This document shows, in pieces, positions 52,716 to 62,028 of a DNA stretch of 64,000 nt; within the stretch, counting starts at the first letter, position 1; each line of letters begins with the position of its first letter. Location of the stretch: assembly GCA_020523885.1 (NCBI GenBank), contig JAJAPY010000019.1:586-64585 (forward strand). The letters run 5' to 3'. The notes beneath the pieces are model-generated. The model saw only the letters and a program-made list of their open reading frames with translations. It was not told where the DNA came from and searched no databases. Origin of the DNA: Candidatus Liberimonas magnetica (lineage in GTDB: Bacteria > Elusimicrobiota > Endomicrobiia > Endomicrobiales > JAFGIL01). The position numbers and the translations under genes are program-made.

Positions 52716-54668
52716 ATGAAAAAAAATATCCTGTATTTGCTCTTTTTGGCCGTTGCCGTAACTTCATTGAGCGTGTTTTTATCCCGGGAACATAAACGGA
52801 CCCCTTCCTTGCTATGGTTTATCCCTGACGGTATAAGAGGAGACTGGCTGTTTGAACTGGCACGGGAAGGGTACCTCCCTAATATCAAAAAAATGATGGA
52901 TAACGGCACCTCGGCGTACTCTATCCCGGCTTTCCCTTCACACACACCTACGAATTATGCTACTCTGCGGACCGGATGTTATCCCGAAGTCCACGGAGTA
53001 TCGGATGGGGCTATCAGGCCGGCGGGCGCTTACTTAACAAAACCGGTACCCGGGTTTTCGTCCTTAGCATCCCGTACCCCTGCCCTGTGGGATATTCTTG
53101 AAAAGAACAACAAGCATGTGATAGTTTTTTCTATACCAGGGTCCACTCCGCCGGAATTAAAAAATGGAATTACGATCAGGGGCAGGTGGTCAGGCTGGGG
53201 TGTTGAGACTCCTCCGGTATTATTTACAACGGACAAGGTTAATTTGAACGTTATATCTATCGCCGGTTTCAATTTAACCAAGGATATAGAATTTACTAAA
53301 CCGGCAGGCTGGGAGAAAGTGCCTCAAAATTATGATACGGCCCCGAAGGAAATAAAGCTGTCCGCTCACGGCGCAGATCTTTACGGGTATATTTATGACA
53401 GCATAGATGATAAATCGGCAAAATATGACAGCATTGTTTTTGCTGTAGATAAAAAAACGCCGCTGGTAGTTCTTAGGCCGGGGCAATGGAGCCAATGGCT
53501 GCCTCTAGAATTAAAACAGGAAAAAGCAGATATAAAAACTTTTGTAAAGATAAAAATAATCAGGTTGTCAGGCGACGGGAAAGACCTGAGGATACGTTTC
53601 TATTTCAATTCTTTAAACAGGCTGCTGGTGGAACCGCAATACGTCTACGATGAGCTTATGTCCAGCACCGCCGGCCCGGCGGTAGATTTTGTGGACGATT
53701 GGCCCCACCAGCTGACTGAAGACGGAGACTATGAAACGTTTAAAGAAGAATCGAACATGTCTTTGGACTGGCATAAAAAAGCTGTCTCGTTCTTATTCAA
53801 AAAATATAAGGGTTATTGCATGATCCACTGTATTTATACTCCGAACCAATTCATGGAAGCCCCGTTTTGGATGGGGCATGTAGACCCTACGAACAAACGT
53901 GTTTTTGACCCCCGGGATAAAGAAAAATATTGGAATGATATCATTAACTTATACCAACAAATGGATGCAATAGTCGGGGAATATCTAAAGAACGCAGGGC
54001 AGGACACGATAATTGCCTTCAGTTCCGATCACGGCATCGCACCTCTGCACAGAATGGTGAGATTAAACGGTCTTTTTGCAAAAAAAGGATGGCTGCACTG
54101 TACCCGGGACAATAAAACGGGAAAGACCGTAATAGATTGGGAAAGATCGAAAGTAATATATTTAAAAATGGCTTATATTTATATTAATCCTGAAGGTTTT
54201 GGTAAAAACGGGTTTTGGAAAAGATCACACGGGGATAAATACGAGGCATTAAGGGATGAAGTCATAAAATCTCTTTATTCGCTCCAGGACACCGATGGCG
54301 GTAAACCTCTTAATTTTGCCAAAAAATGGGAAGAAGCGGATTTTCTGAAGCTTCCGAAAGACAGGATAGGAGATATCATCATTTCAGCGCGGCCGCCCTA
54401 TGCGTGGACAGAAGATATCGGAGAGGATCAAAATATTTTTGTTGATTCGAAAGACACCGGGTATAAACAAACGGTTGACCCTCAGGATAAAAACATTGTC
54501 ACCCCGTTCATTATTGCAGGGCCGGGCATTAGAAAGGGTTTTAAAATGGACCAGATACACCATGTTGACCAGGTGCCGACCTTTCTTCGTCTTATGGGAA
54601 TAAAAATACCGGAATACATACAGGGCAGGGTGCTGTCGGAGATGATCGTTAATGAGCCAAAAAAATAG
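52716..54668 (+). CDS. alkaline-phosphatase-superfamily enzyme, nucleotide pyrophosphatase/phosphodiesterase-like
   Basis: Signal peptide, FIPDGIRGD, PSHTPTNYATLRTGCYPEVHGV (Thr nucleophile context) and FSSDHG. Confidence 0.65.
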   Translation: MKKNILYLLFLAVAVTSLSVFLSREHKRTPSLLWFIPDGIRGDWLFELAREGYLPNIKKMMDNGTSAYSIPAFPSHTPTNYATLRTGCYPEVHGVSDGAIRPAGAYLTKPVPGFSSLASRTPALWDILEKNNKHVIVFSIPGSTPPELKNGITIRGRWSGWGVETPPVLFTTDKVNLNVISIAGFNLTKDIEFTKPAGWEKVPQNYDTAPKEIKLSAHGADLYGYIYDSIDDKSAKYDSIVFAVDKKTPLVVLRPGQWSQWLPLELKQEKADIKTFVKIKIIRLSGDGKDLRIRFYFNSLNRLLVEPQYVYDELMSSTAGPAVDFVDDWPHQLTEDGDYETFKEESNMSLDWHKKAVSFLFKKYKGYCMIHCIYTPNQFMEAPFWMGHVDPTNKRVFDPRDKEKYWNDIINLYQQMDAIVGEYLKNAGQDTIIAFSSDHGIAPLHRMVRLNGLFAKKGWLHCTRDNKTGKTVIDWERSKVIYLKMAYIYINPEGFGKNGFWKRSHGDKYEALRDEVIKSLYSLQDTDGGKPLNFAKKWEEADFLKLPKDRIGDIIISARPPYAWTEDIGEDQNIFVDSKDTGYKQTVDPQDKNIVTPFIIAGPGIRKGFKMDQIHHVDQVPTFLRLMGIKIPEYIQGRVLSEMIVNEPKK

Positions 54669-54739
54669 CCCGGGTATCAGGCCGGCTAAAGCTAAGGCTT
54701 CCGGCAAGTTTTGTTACCGGTTGCTAAAAAGAACCGTAA

Positions 54740-56101
54740 TTACTGCTGCTCAACATTCTGCACCGGCAGGTTTTTTGACAAGTTATCACAGGCATCCATC
54801 CACGTGAACAGCTTTTTTATCAGTTCACGCGCGACATCGTAATGCTCAGCTGTGATATCGGTAGTTTCTAAAGGGTCTTTGGCCATATCGAATAGTTTCA
54901 GCTTAAGTGTTTTTGTATCATAAATAAGTTTGTATTGTTTTGTTCTTACTGCAAATATGTTATTTCCTAAGTGCTGTTTCAAATACACTTCGTCTTTAAA
55001 TTGATCCCTGCCTTTAATAAGAGGCATTAAACTTTTGCCTTGCAGGTTTTGAGGGATGTCTAATCCGCAGCAGCCCAAAACAGTCGGCATGATATCAATA
55101 ATCTCTACCAGAGCATCACGCTTTGTTCCGGCAAACTTATTTTTCGGGAATTTTATCAATAACGGGATCCGTGAACATTCGTCGTATACTTGATTGTGTA
55201 TGAACTCGCCGTGCTCCCCGAACTCCTCGCCATGATCAGAAACCAACACTATTAATGAATTATCGTACAGGTTATGTTCCTTGAGCAAAGAAAATAACTC
55301 GCCGATATAATGATCGGTACAGGCGATCCCTGAATCATAGAGGTCGATCAAATACTCTATCTCTTCTTTAGGAGGTTTACTTTTCGCTTCGTATGAGTAA
55401 TACAAAAGATAGTCTGTCGCCGGTTTATCTTTGTATAACCCGGAATATTTTTCTCTCAAGTCTTTAGGCACAAAGGTATTCATGTATTCAAACGGCGAAT
55501 AATAGGGCAATATGTTCCCGTCATAGGTATAATCCGAATGGATGTCATAATAATGAAAGAACAAAAAAAGGTTCTGTTCTGGATTATCTAATATTTTCAA
55601 CAGCTGTGATGCGTCGCTGTTGACCTTATCTGCATACACCAGGTTATTTTCCTTAATTCTTTTAAAAAAATCAAATCCGGCAGAAAAGCCAAACTCGCTG
55701 TCCAGGTGCCAGCAGGAAATTACCGCGGCTGTGTAATACCCTTTGCTTTTTAATTCATTCGTAATGTGAAGGGGGGCCTTGCGGGCCTTCAGGTCAAAAT
55801 CCTTGTCATCTTCATAGCCGTGAGTCCTGGTGTAGAGCGAAGTAAAAAGAGACTTATGGCTGCTCAAGGTGTTCGGCGAAGGTGCAAAAGCATTTTTGAA
55901 CATAACTGCATCACGGGCAAATTTGTCGATATTTGGCGTTATATTTTTCTTATACCCAAAGCAACCTACATGATCCATCCGCAGCGTATCTAGTGATATA
56001 ATTATTACATCAGGAGGGTTTTTACCGGATTTTGCAAGAAGAAAAAGAGGATTTGCGAAAAATAAAACAATAAACAATATAAATATATTAAATATATCCA
56101 T
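54740..56101 (-). CDS. sulfatase-like hydrolase/transferase (alkaline phosphatase superfamily)
   Basis: IIISLDTLRMDH and VSDHGEEFGEHG motifs. The position of the canonical C/S-x-P-x-R formylglycine motif reads SPNTL. Confidence 0.65.
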   Translation of the reverse strand: MDIFNIFILFIVLFFANPLFLLAKSGKNPPDVIIISLDTLRMDHVGCFGYKKNITPNIDKFARDAVMFKNAFAPSPNTLSSHKSLFTSLYTRTHGYEDDKDFDLKARKAPLHITNELKSKGYYTAAVISCWHLDSEFGFSAGFDFFKRIKENNLVYADKVNSDASQLLKILDNPEQNLFLFFHYYDIHSDYTYDGNILPYYSPFEYMNTFVPKDLREKYSGLYKDKPATDYLLYYSYEAKSKPPKEEIEYLIDLYDSGIACTDHYIGELFSLLKEHNLYDNSLIVLVSDHGEEFGEHGEFIHNQVYDECSRIPLLIKFPKNKFAGTKRDALVEIIDIMPTVLGCCGLDIPQNLQGKSLMPLIKGRDQFKDEVYLKQHLGNNIFAVRTKQYKLIYDTKTLKLKLFDMAKDPLETTDITAEHYDVARELIKKLFTWMDACDNLSKNLPVQNVEQQ

Positions 56102-56168
56102 TATATTTATGATTATAATATATTATATATCTTAAATCAATGAAAGCTCCGAGGCACACTCTATATGC

Positions 56169-56197
56169 TTGACTTATACCACACAGGTTGATACAAT
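56169..56197 (+). promoter_or_regulatory. sigma70-like promoter of the OMP/ABC operon
   Basis: TTGACT, 17-bp spacer, TACAAT. The -35 context ctctatatgcttgacttatacc resembles the ppdK promoter. Confidence 0.5.
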
Positions 56198-56279
56198 AAT
56201 AATCGATGGCTAAACTTCAAATCTTAGAGATAAGTTCAGATATGAAAAATCCAGTAAAATTTATTTAAAGGAGCAAGGA

Positions 56280-56951
56280 ATGAAATTCATTAAGTTTCCT
56301 AAAAAATTGATTTTAACATCATTTTTTGCTGGATTATTCTATTGTTTTTTAACTGCTAATGCATACTGCAGCGACTGGCAGTACTGGCAGGGAGAAACGG
56401 TCAATAAAAAAATAAATGATACGCTCAACCTTGGTATTTCTTATGAGAGCAGGTACCAGAACAGCGGCAAAGAATATTTCACGGAACTTATTACGATAAA
56501 TCCTATGTTTAAGCTTTCCAAGAACTTCAGCACCGGGCCTATCTATTATTACATCCCTACAAAACAGAAGGATGGAAGTTTTAAAGATGAAAACCGGAGC
56601 GGCCTGTTGACCAGTTATAAATGGGCGGTAGGAAATCTCAAGTTAGAATACAGGTTGCTATACGAATACCGGGACCTGCCTCAAGGCTCGGAAAACAGGG
56701 TAAGGCACAGATTTCAGGTTATTCCAGATATCAACTTATCAAAAAACTTTGTTTCTCCATACTTTTCATATGAAATGTTTTACTCCTTTACATCGAATGA
56801 TTTTATGCAGACCAGAGCCTGCCTGGGAGATACCGTCACGGTCTACCAAGATCTTAAGCTCAGTATACAATATTTAGTAAGGCAGGATAAAGTAAAAAAC
56901 AACTGGTGCGACATCAATACTTTTGGGACCTATCTTAAATATTCTTTCTAA
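56280..56951 (+). CDS. putative outer-membrane beta-barrel protein (possibly DUF2490-like)
   Basis: Signal peptide, alternating-polarity strands, C-terminal ...YLKYSF. Confidence 0.45.
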   Translation: MKFIKFPKKLILTSFFAGLFYCFLTANAYCSDWQYWQGETVNKKINDTLNLGISYESRYQNSGKEYFTELITINPMFKLSKNFSTGPIYYYIPTKQKDGSFKDENRSGLLTSYKWAVGNLKLEYRLLYEYRDLPQGSENRVRHRFQVIPDINLSKNFVSPYFSYEMFYSFTSNDFMQTRACLGDTVTVYQDLKLSIQYLVRQDKVKNNWCDINTFGTYLKYSF

Positions 56952-56957
56952 AGACCC

Positions 56958-57704
56958 ATGAAGATTAACCTGAAAGGAACAATTCTAATTCTCGTTCTTT
57001 TGCTGTTATGGCAAGCCGGCGTCCAATCCGGCTTGTTGAATCATTTTATAATTGCCTCCCCGGTTGAAGTCCTCAGGTCTATTTACCGGATGCTTGAAAC
57101 CGGAGCACTTATTCAGGATATCTGTGCCAGTCTAAAAAGAGTCTTCGTTGGGTTTATTATCTCCATAATAATCGGTGTGCCTCTGGGCCTGTTTTTGGGA
57201 AGAAGCAGGGAACTTAAACCTTATTTCCTCCCGGTCCTTGAGGTCTTAAGGCCTATCCCTCCTATCGCCTGGATCCCTCTTGCTATACTCTGGTTCGGCC
57301 TGAGAGATACTTCAAGTTACTTTATTACTATGATAGCTTCGTTTTTCCCGATATTTTTAAACTCCTTTGCAGGGGCGGAGAACGTAGAACCGGTACATAT
57401 AAACGCCGCTCTGAGCCTGGGAGCGAATAAACAAGGTATCTTAAAAAAGATATTGCTCCCGTCCGCTCTTCCATTTATATTCACCGGCATCAGGGTCGGG
57501 CTTGGAGTAGCCTGGATGAGCGTGATCGCTGCAGAAATGATCGCGGCCCGCTCAGGCCTAGGGTATATGATCCAGCTCAACAGAATGATGCTTGAAACCC
57601 AAAATGTTATCGCAGGAATGATATTCATCGGCCTTTTGGGTTTTTTGATGAATTACCTGCTTTTAAAATTCCAAAAAAAACTAATTCCCTGGAAACAATT
57701 ATAA
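56958..57704 (+). CDS. ABC transporter permease, NitT/TauT (SsuC/TauC-like) family
   Basis: 6 TM helices; EAA-type loop AALSLGANKQGILKKILLPSALP. Confidence 0.8.
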   Translation: MKINLKGTILILVLLLLWQAGVQSGLLNHFIIASPVEVLRSIYRMLETGALIQDICASLKRVFVGFIISIIIGVPLGLFLGRSRELKPYFLPVLEVLRPIPPIAWIPLAILWFGLRDTSSYFITMIASFFPIFLNSFAGAENVEPVHINAALSLGANKQGILKKILLPSALPFIFTGIRVGLGVAWMSVIAAEMIAARSGLGYMIQLNRMMLETQNVIAGMIFIGLLGFLMNYLLLKFQKKLIPWKQL

Positions 57705-57705
57705 A

Positions 57706-58551
57706 ATGGACAAACTTCCTGCGATATTAAGTGTTGATAGTGTCTCTAAGACCTTTGAATTTAAAAGAGAAAACCTGTCCATGGAAGTATTAAGGGGGGT
57801 ATCATTCTCTTTAGACAAAGGAGAATTCCTAAGCATCATAGGCCCGAACGGATGCGGTAAAACAACACTTTTATATATAATCGCAGGGTTCCTGTTGCCG
57901 GATAAAGGCCGGATAATTTGCTCGGGGGAAACAGTTACAGCGCCAAGTATAAACCGTACTGTTGTTTTCCAGGAGTACGGGCTTTTCCCGTGGTTTACTG
58001 TTGAAGGCAACATTAAGTTCGGCTTAAGGTCAAAAAAACTACCCGAAAAAATCTGTAATGAAATAGCAGGGCATTATATAGAACTCCTTCACCTTAGAGG
58101 TTTTGAAAAGAAATACCCCCATCAACTTTCCGGCGGTATGAAGCAGAGGGTCAGCTTTGCCCGGGCTCTGGCCCCTGACCCTGATATTGTTCTCATGGAT
58201 GAACCTTTTGCTGCCTTAGACAGCCTGACCAGGGAAACTCTTCAGGAAGAAGTCCTGGATATACGCAGAAAGACGGATAAGACCTTCATTCTTATTACAC
58301 ACGATATAGATGAGGCGATCTGCCTGGGAGATAATGTCCTTGTAATGACTTCAAGGCCCGGAAAAGTCAAAGAGGTGGTGCAAGTAAAAATACCCGGAGC
58401 GACGGTATCAGAAGCAAAAAAAAGCAGGGAATTCCTGGAAATAAAATACTGCATTTCATCCTCGGTAAGGGAAGAGATAAAAAAGACAATAGCTTTTCAG
58501 GGAAAAAGATTAAGCAAAGTGATGGGGAATATAAACCTGGAAAAGGATTAA
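57706..58551 (+). CDS. ABC transporter ATP-binding protein, NitT/TauT family
   Basis: GPNGCGKTTLL, LSGGMKQRVSFARAL, LMDEPFAALD. Confidence 0.85.
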   Translation: MDKLPAILSVDSVSKTFEFKRENLSMEVLRGVSFSLDKGEFLSIIGPNGCGKTTLLYIIAGFLLPDKGRIICSGETVTAPSINRTVVFQEYGLFPWFTVEGNIKFGLRSKKLPEKICNEIAGHYIELLHLRGFEKKYPHQLSGGMKQRVSFARALAPDPDIVLMDEPFAALDSLTRETLQEEVLDIRRKTDKTFILITHDIDEAICLGDNVLVMTSRPGKVKEVVQVKIPGATVSEAKKSREFLEIKYCISSSVREEIKKTIAFQGKRLSKVMGNINLEKD

Positions 58552-58558
58552 TAAAGGT

Positions 58559-58714
58559 ATGGGAAATCTGCTCAAGAACAAAAATAAAACGTCAAATTTA
58601 CCCATCAGTTTTATCGTCCCTCCTTCAGTCCAGGTGACTACACCCGGCAGAGAAACCCTTTTAAAAAGCCCGTTTGAAGGGATTACTTCCGGAAAAAGAC
58701 AAAGACAAAATTAA
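58559..58714 (+). pseudogene. 51-codon remnant resembling the N-terminus of a B12-binding radical SAM protein
   Basis: PISFIVPPSVQVTTPGRETLLKSPFEGITS parallels SIGIVVPPSPFIVPQGWQFYLRQPFEGVSY at the start of the gene at 59771. Confidence 0.45.
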
Positions 58715-58723
58715 GGGGAACAA

Positions 58724-59764
58724 ATGAAAAAGAATTTATTTTTAATTACCGCTTCGGTTTTCTTGCTGACAGCTTCTTATGCAGGGCAGAAAACTACGAT
58801 CAGGATCGGTTATCCTTCTGTCGGCACTTTGATAAACGGCCAGGTTGGGTTAGTCTTAGAAAAAACCGATATTTTAGATAATAACGGTTTAAACGGTGAA
58901 GTCACAGCTTTCCAGTACGGCCCTCAGCTGCAGGAAGCCCTGCTTTCCGGCAAGGTGGATGTTATTTTCACAAGTGAAACAAACGTTGTTAAGGTCCTGG
59001 CTAAAGGGTACCCCGGTGCCTGTATAGCTTCTCTTGGCAGCGGCGGCAGGCTCGGGCTTCTGGTTTCATCAGCGTCTAAAGCCGGTTCTATTCTAGACCT
59101 TAGAGGTAAAACCGCAACAACGGTGTTCGGTTCTTCGGTCCATACCCCCATAATCCGCTGGGCAAAAGAAGCGGGCCTGTCTCCGGGCAGGGATATAAAT
59201 ATCATAAACATGGACGGAGGGGAATCAAGGCTGGCATTAATGAGAGGCGATATCGATGCACTTATGACCTGGGACCCGTACATCGAAGACATGCTCCGCA
59301 AAGGCCAGGCAAAATTATTAAAACAAGCGCCCATGTATTTAGCGGTAGTTATTTCAAAAGAATTCATGAAAAAAAATCCTGAAGCAGTAATAGATTTTTT
59401 AGTCAGTATCAAAGAAGCGGCGTACTATATGATCTTGAATAAAAAGGAAGTGAACAAGTGGTACGGGGATTTATGCCGGATAGACCCAGGCTTGATAGAT
59501 GAGGCATCAAAGACCAATAAAATATACGGGGATGCTAAAACTTTTAAAGATATTGATATATCCGTTAGTAACGAACTGGCTCAAGTTATGTCTCAAACAA
59601 GTGCTTTTCTTTTCGAAGAAAAGTTGATAAGTGCGAAACTTGACAGCTCATCTATTGTTGATACAGAAATCGTAAAAAAAGCAGATAAAAAAACTCTAAA
59701 ACAAAAATATGACCCTAAAGAAGTAAAAGTAAAAGATTCAAAAAATAAACCTTTTTCAAAATAA
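58724..59764 (+). CDS. periplasmic substrate-binding protein, NMT1/SsuA-like
   Basis: Signal peptide, two-lobe binding-protein pattern, adjacent to the NitT/TauT permease and ATPase. Confidence 0.65.
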   Translation: MKKNLFLITASVFLLTASYAGQKTTIRIGYPSVGTLINGQVGLVLEKTDILDNNGLNGEVTAFQYGPQLQEALLSGKVDVIFTSETNVVKVLAKGYPGACIASLGSGGRLGLLVSSASKAGSILDLRGKTATTVFGSSVHTPIIRWAKEAGLSPGRDINIINMDGGESRLALMRGDIDALMTWDPYIEDMLRKGQAKLLKQAPMYLAVVISKEFMKKNPEAVIDFLVSIKEAAYYMILNKKEVNKWYGDLCRIDPGLIDEASKTNKIYGDAKTFKDIDISVSNELAQVMSQTSAFLFEEKLISAKLDSSSIVDTEIVKKADKKTLKQKYDPKEVKVKDSKNKPFSK

Positions 59765-59770
59765 AATAAA

Positions 59771-61150
59771 ATGGATAGATACGAAGAATTAATGGCAGAG
59801 CAGTCGATACGTCCTTTGCACGCTAAACCAGGACTTCCTTCAATAGGAATAGTTGTCCCGCCAAGCCCTTTTATAGTGCCTCAAGGCTGGCAGTTTTACT
59901 TAAGGCAGCCGTTTGAAGGAGTTTCTTATATCGCCACCGTATTAAAGAATGCGGGTTACAGGGTAAGGATAATTGACGTGCGGCAGTCAAAAAACAGTTT
60001 AGATGAAGCTATGCTGCAATCAAAAGGCCTGGACATATTGGGTATATCGACCTTTGAAGATAGTTTCCCTTTTATACAAGACCTATGTAAAAAAGTAAAA
60101 GAAAGAGCCCCGAAAACATATATCGTGCTCGGCGGGTCTCTGGTAACTTCTGTCCCGGAGGTCGTGATGGCAAATACAGAAGCTGATATCGCTGTAATAG
60201 GAGAAGGTGAATTAACTATCCTTGAACTCCTTGAAAAATATTCTTCCGGCAAGCTGGATAGTTTATCTGAAATAAACGGGACCGCATATAAGGACAGCTT
60301 TAAGAAAACCGTCATAAATGCTTCAAGAAAACAGATAGAGGATCTGGACCATCTGCCTTTAATAGATTTCTTCCTGTGGCCGCAAACCCGGAAAGACGCA
60401 CACCTAAAGGAAGTCCTTATTTCTCACAGCCGCGGTTGTTCCAATAATTGCGCTTTCTGCTACAGGCCCATCCCGCATTTACGCGAGAAATCCGTTGAGA
60501 AATTCAGCAGAGAAGTAAAAGAATTAAAACTTAGGCATAATTTTAATTTCATTTATTTTGTGGATTTGACCTTTGCTGTTAAAAAAGAAAGGAACCTTGA
60601 GATCTGCGAAGTTCTGAAGGCTAATAACGTTAAATGGTCGTGCATGACAAGGGTTCAGAACCTCGATCCTGAAACATTAAGAGCAATGAAAACTGCCGGA
60701 TGCGAGATAATACTCTATGGGTTTGAATCCATAGACCAACTGATACTTGACAGTATTCACAAGAAGATCACGGTCGCAGAAATTCGTGATGCAATAAAAA
60801 TGACGAATGATGCAGGGATCGAGATCGGCGGGCTGTTTATCATAGGTTTCCCAGGAGAAACAACGGAGTCGCTTGATAAAACAGTAGATTTTTTGAAAGA
60901 AACAGGTTCAGTCGCCAGGGTAAAATATTTGTCTGCGATACCCGGCACGGAGATATACAGGACCGCTGTACAGAAAGGCCTGATAAAAGATGAGCTCGCA
61001 CACCTTTACTGGCTGAGCAGGGAACGGGGCCATGAGGATGACGAGTTCATAAATTTTACCGAGATGCCCGATAACATGCTAAGAGAGGCTTATAAAAAGA
61101 TCAAAAATATGTACATCAAAGGCCTGGCAAAATATGAGGACACTTATTAA
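59771..61150 (+). CDS. B12-binding-domain radical SAM enzyme
   Basis: N-terminal Rossmann-like B12 domain (RIIDVRQS...DILGISTFEDSF) and CSNNCAFC (Cx3Cx2C). Confidence 0.75.
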   Translation: MDRYEELMAEQSIRPLHAKPGLPSIGIVVPPSPFIVPQGWQFYLRQPFEGVSYIATVLKNAGYRVRIIDVRQSKNSLDEAMLQSKGLDILGISTFEDSFPFIQDLCKKVKERAPKTYIVLGGSLVTSVPEVVMANTEADIAVIGEGELTILELLEKYSSGKLDSLSEINGTAYKDSFKKTVINASRKQIEDLDHLPLIDFFLWPQTRKDAHLKEVLISHSRGCSNNCAFCYRPIPHLREKSVEKFSREVKELKLRHNFNFIYFVDLTFAVKKERNLEICEVLKANNVKWSCMTRVQNLDPETLRAMKTAGCEIILYGFESIDQLILDSIHKKITVAEIRDAIKMTNDAGIEIGGLFIIGFPGETTESLDKTVDFLKETGSVARVKYLSAIPGTEIYRTAVQKGLIKDELAHLYWLSRERGHEDDEFINFTEMPDNMLREAYKKIKNMYIKGLAKYEDTY

Positions 61151-61904
61151 AAACAACAAAATAGCCGTCAAGGTAAAAAAACAATTTTATGCCAGGGCTT
61201 TGAAATTTGAAGATTCCGCCAGGTGGGTCAAAGACAAGAAGCTGCTGAACCTGCACAAAGAGCTCATACCCTTTAATTCATCATCAAGGGTCCTGGACTT
61301 GTGCTGCGGCACCGGCCTTGTCGGAAAAGAATTTGCAGGAAAAGCTTTTGCTGTTACCGGGATTGATATAAGCGGCAAAATGCTGGAAAAAGCTTCAAAA
61401 AGGCTTGATGTATGCGTAAACGCCAATGCCGAAGCTATTCCGTTTAGTGATAATTATTTTAATTTTATCGTATGCAGACAGGCGTTGCATTTTTTAAACC
61501 TGAAAAAAGCCTTTAAAGAAATGTACAGGACATGTAAAGACGGCGGCAAAATCCTGGTCAGCCAGATAGTCCCGTACGGGAGGCATGACAAAGCCTGGCT
61601 GTTTAAAATCCACAAGTTAAAACAGCCTTTATTAAAAAATTATTTGGATGAAGAAGATATTAAGCGGCATCTTAGGTCTGCAGGTTTTACTAAACTTGAA
61701 AAACACTATTATTATCTTGAAGAAAACATTGATGACTGGCTAAGATATGAGCCCGAACTTTCAAAACAAAAAATATCTAAAATAAAAAACTTATTTCGTT
61801 TTGCTCCGAAAACTTATAAAATCATTCATGGAACCAAATTATCGAATAACAGCATTGTTGATAAAATGAAATGGGTTATAATAACTGGAAAGAAACCTTG
61901 CTAA
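61134..61904 (+). CDS. class I SAM-dependent methyltransferase
   Basis: Motif I VLDLCCGTG; Methyltransf_11-like layout; 17-nt overlap with the rSAM gene. Confidence 0.75.
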   Translation: MRTLIKNNKIAVKVKKQFYARALKFEDSARWVKDKKLLNLHKELIPFNSSSRVLDLCCGTGLVGKEFAGKAFAVTGIDISGKMLEKASKRLDVCVNANAEAIPFSDNYFNFIVCRQALHFLNLKKAFKEMYRTCKDGGKILVSQIVPYGRHDKAWLFKIHKLKQPLLKNYLDEEDIKRHLRSAGFTKLEKHYYYLEENIDDWLRYEPELSKQKISKIKNLFRFAPKTYKIIHGTKLSNNSIVDKMKWVIITGKKPC

Positions 61905-62028
61905 ATTTGATGAAAAGATTTTAGCTTCTAAAGTCAGAGTGGTTTCTAATCTGCTCAACTTTATCAGATTTTGCATAGTCATAAAGACAATATAACCATA
62001 TTGATAAAGTTTAGCATTAGAGAGTGTT

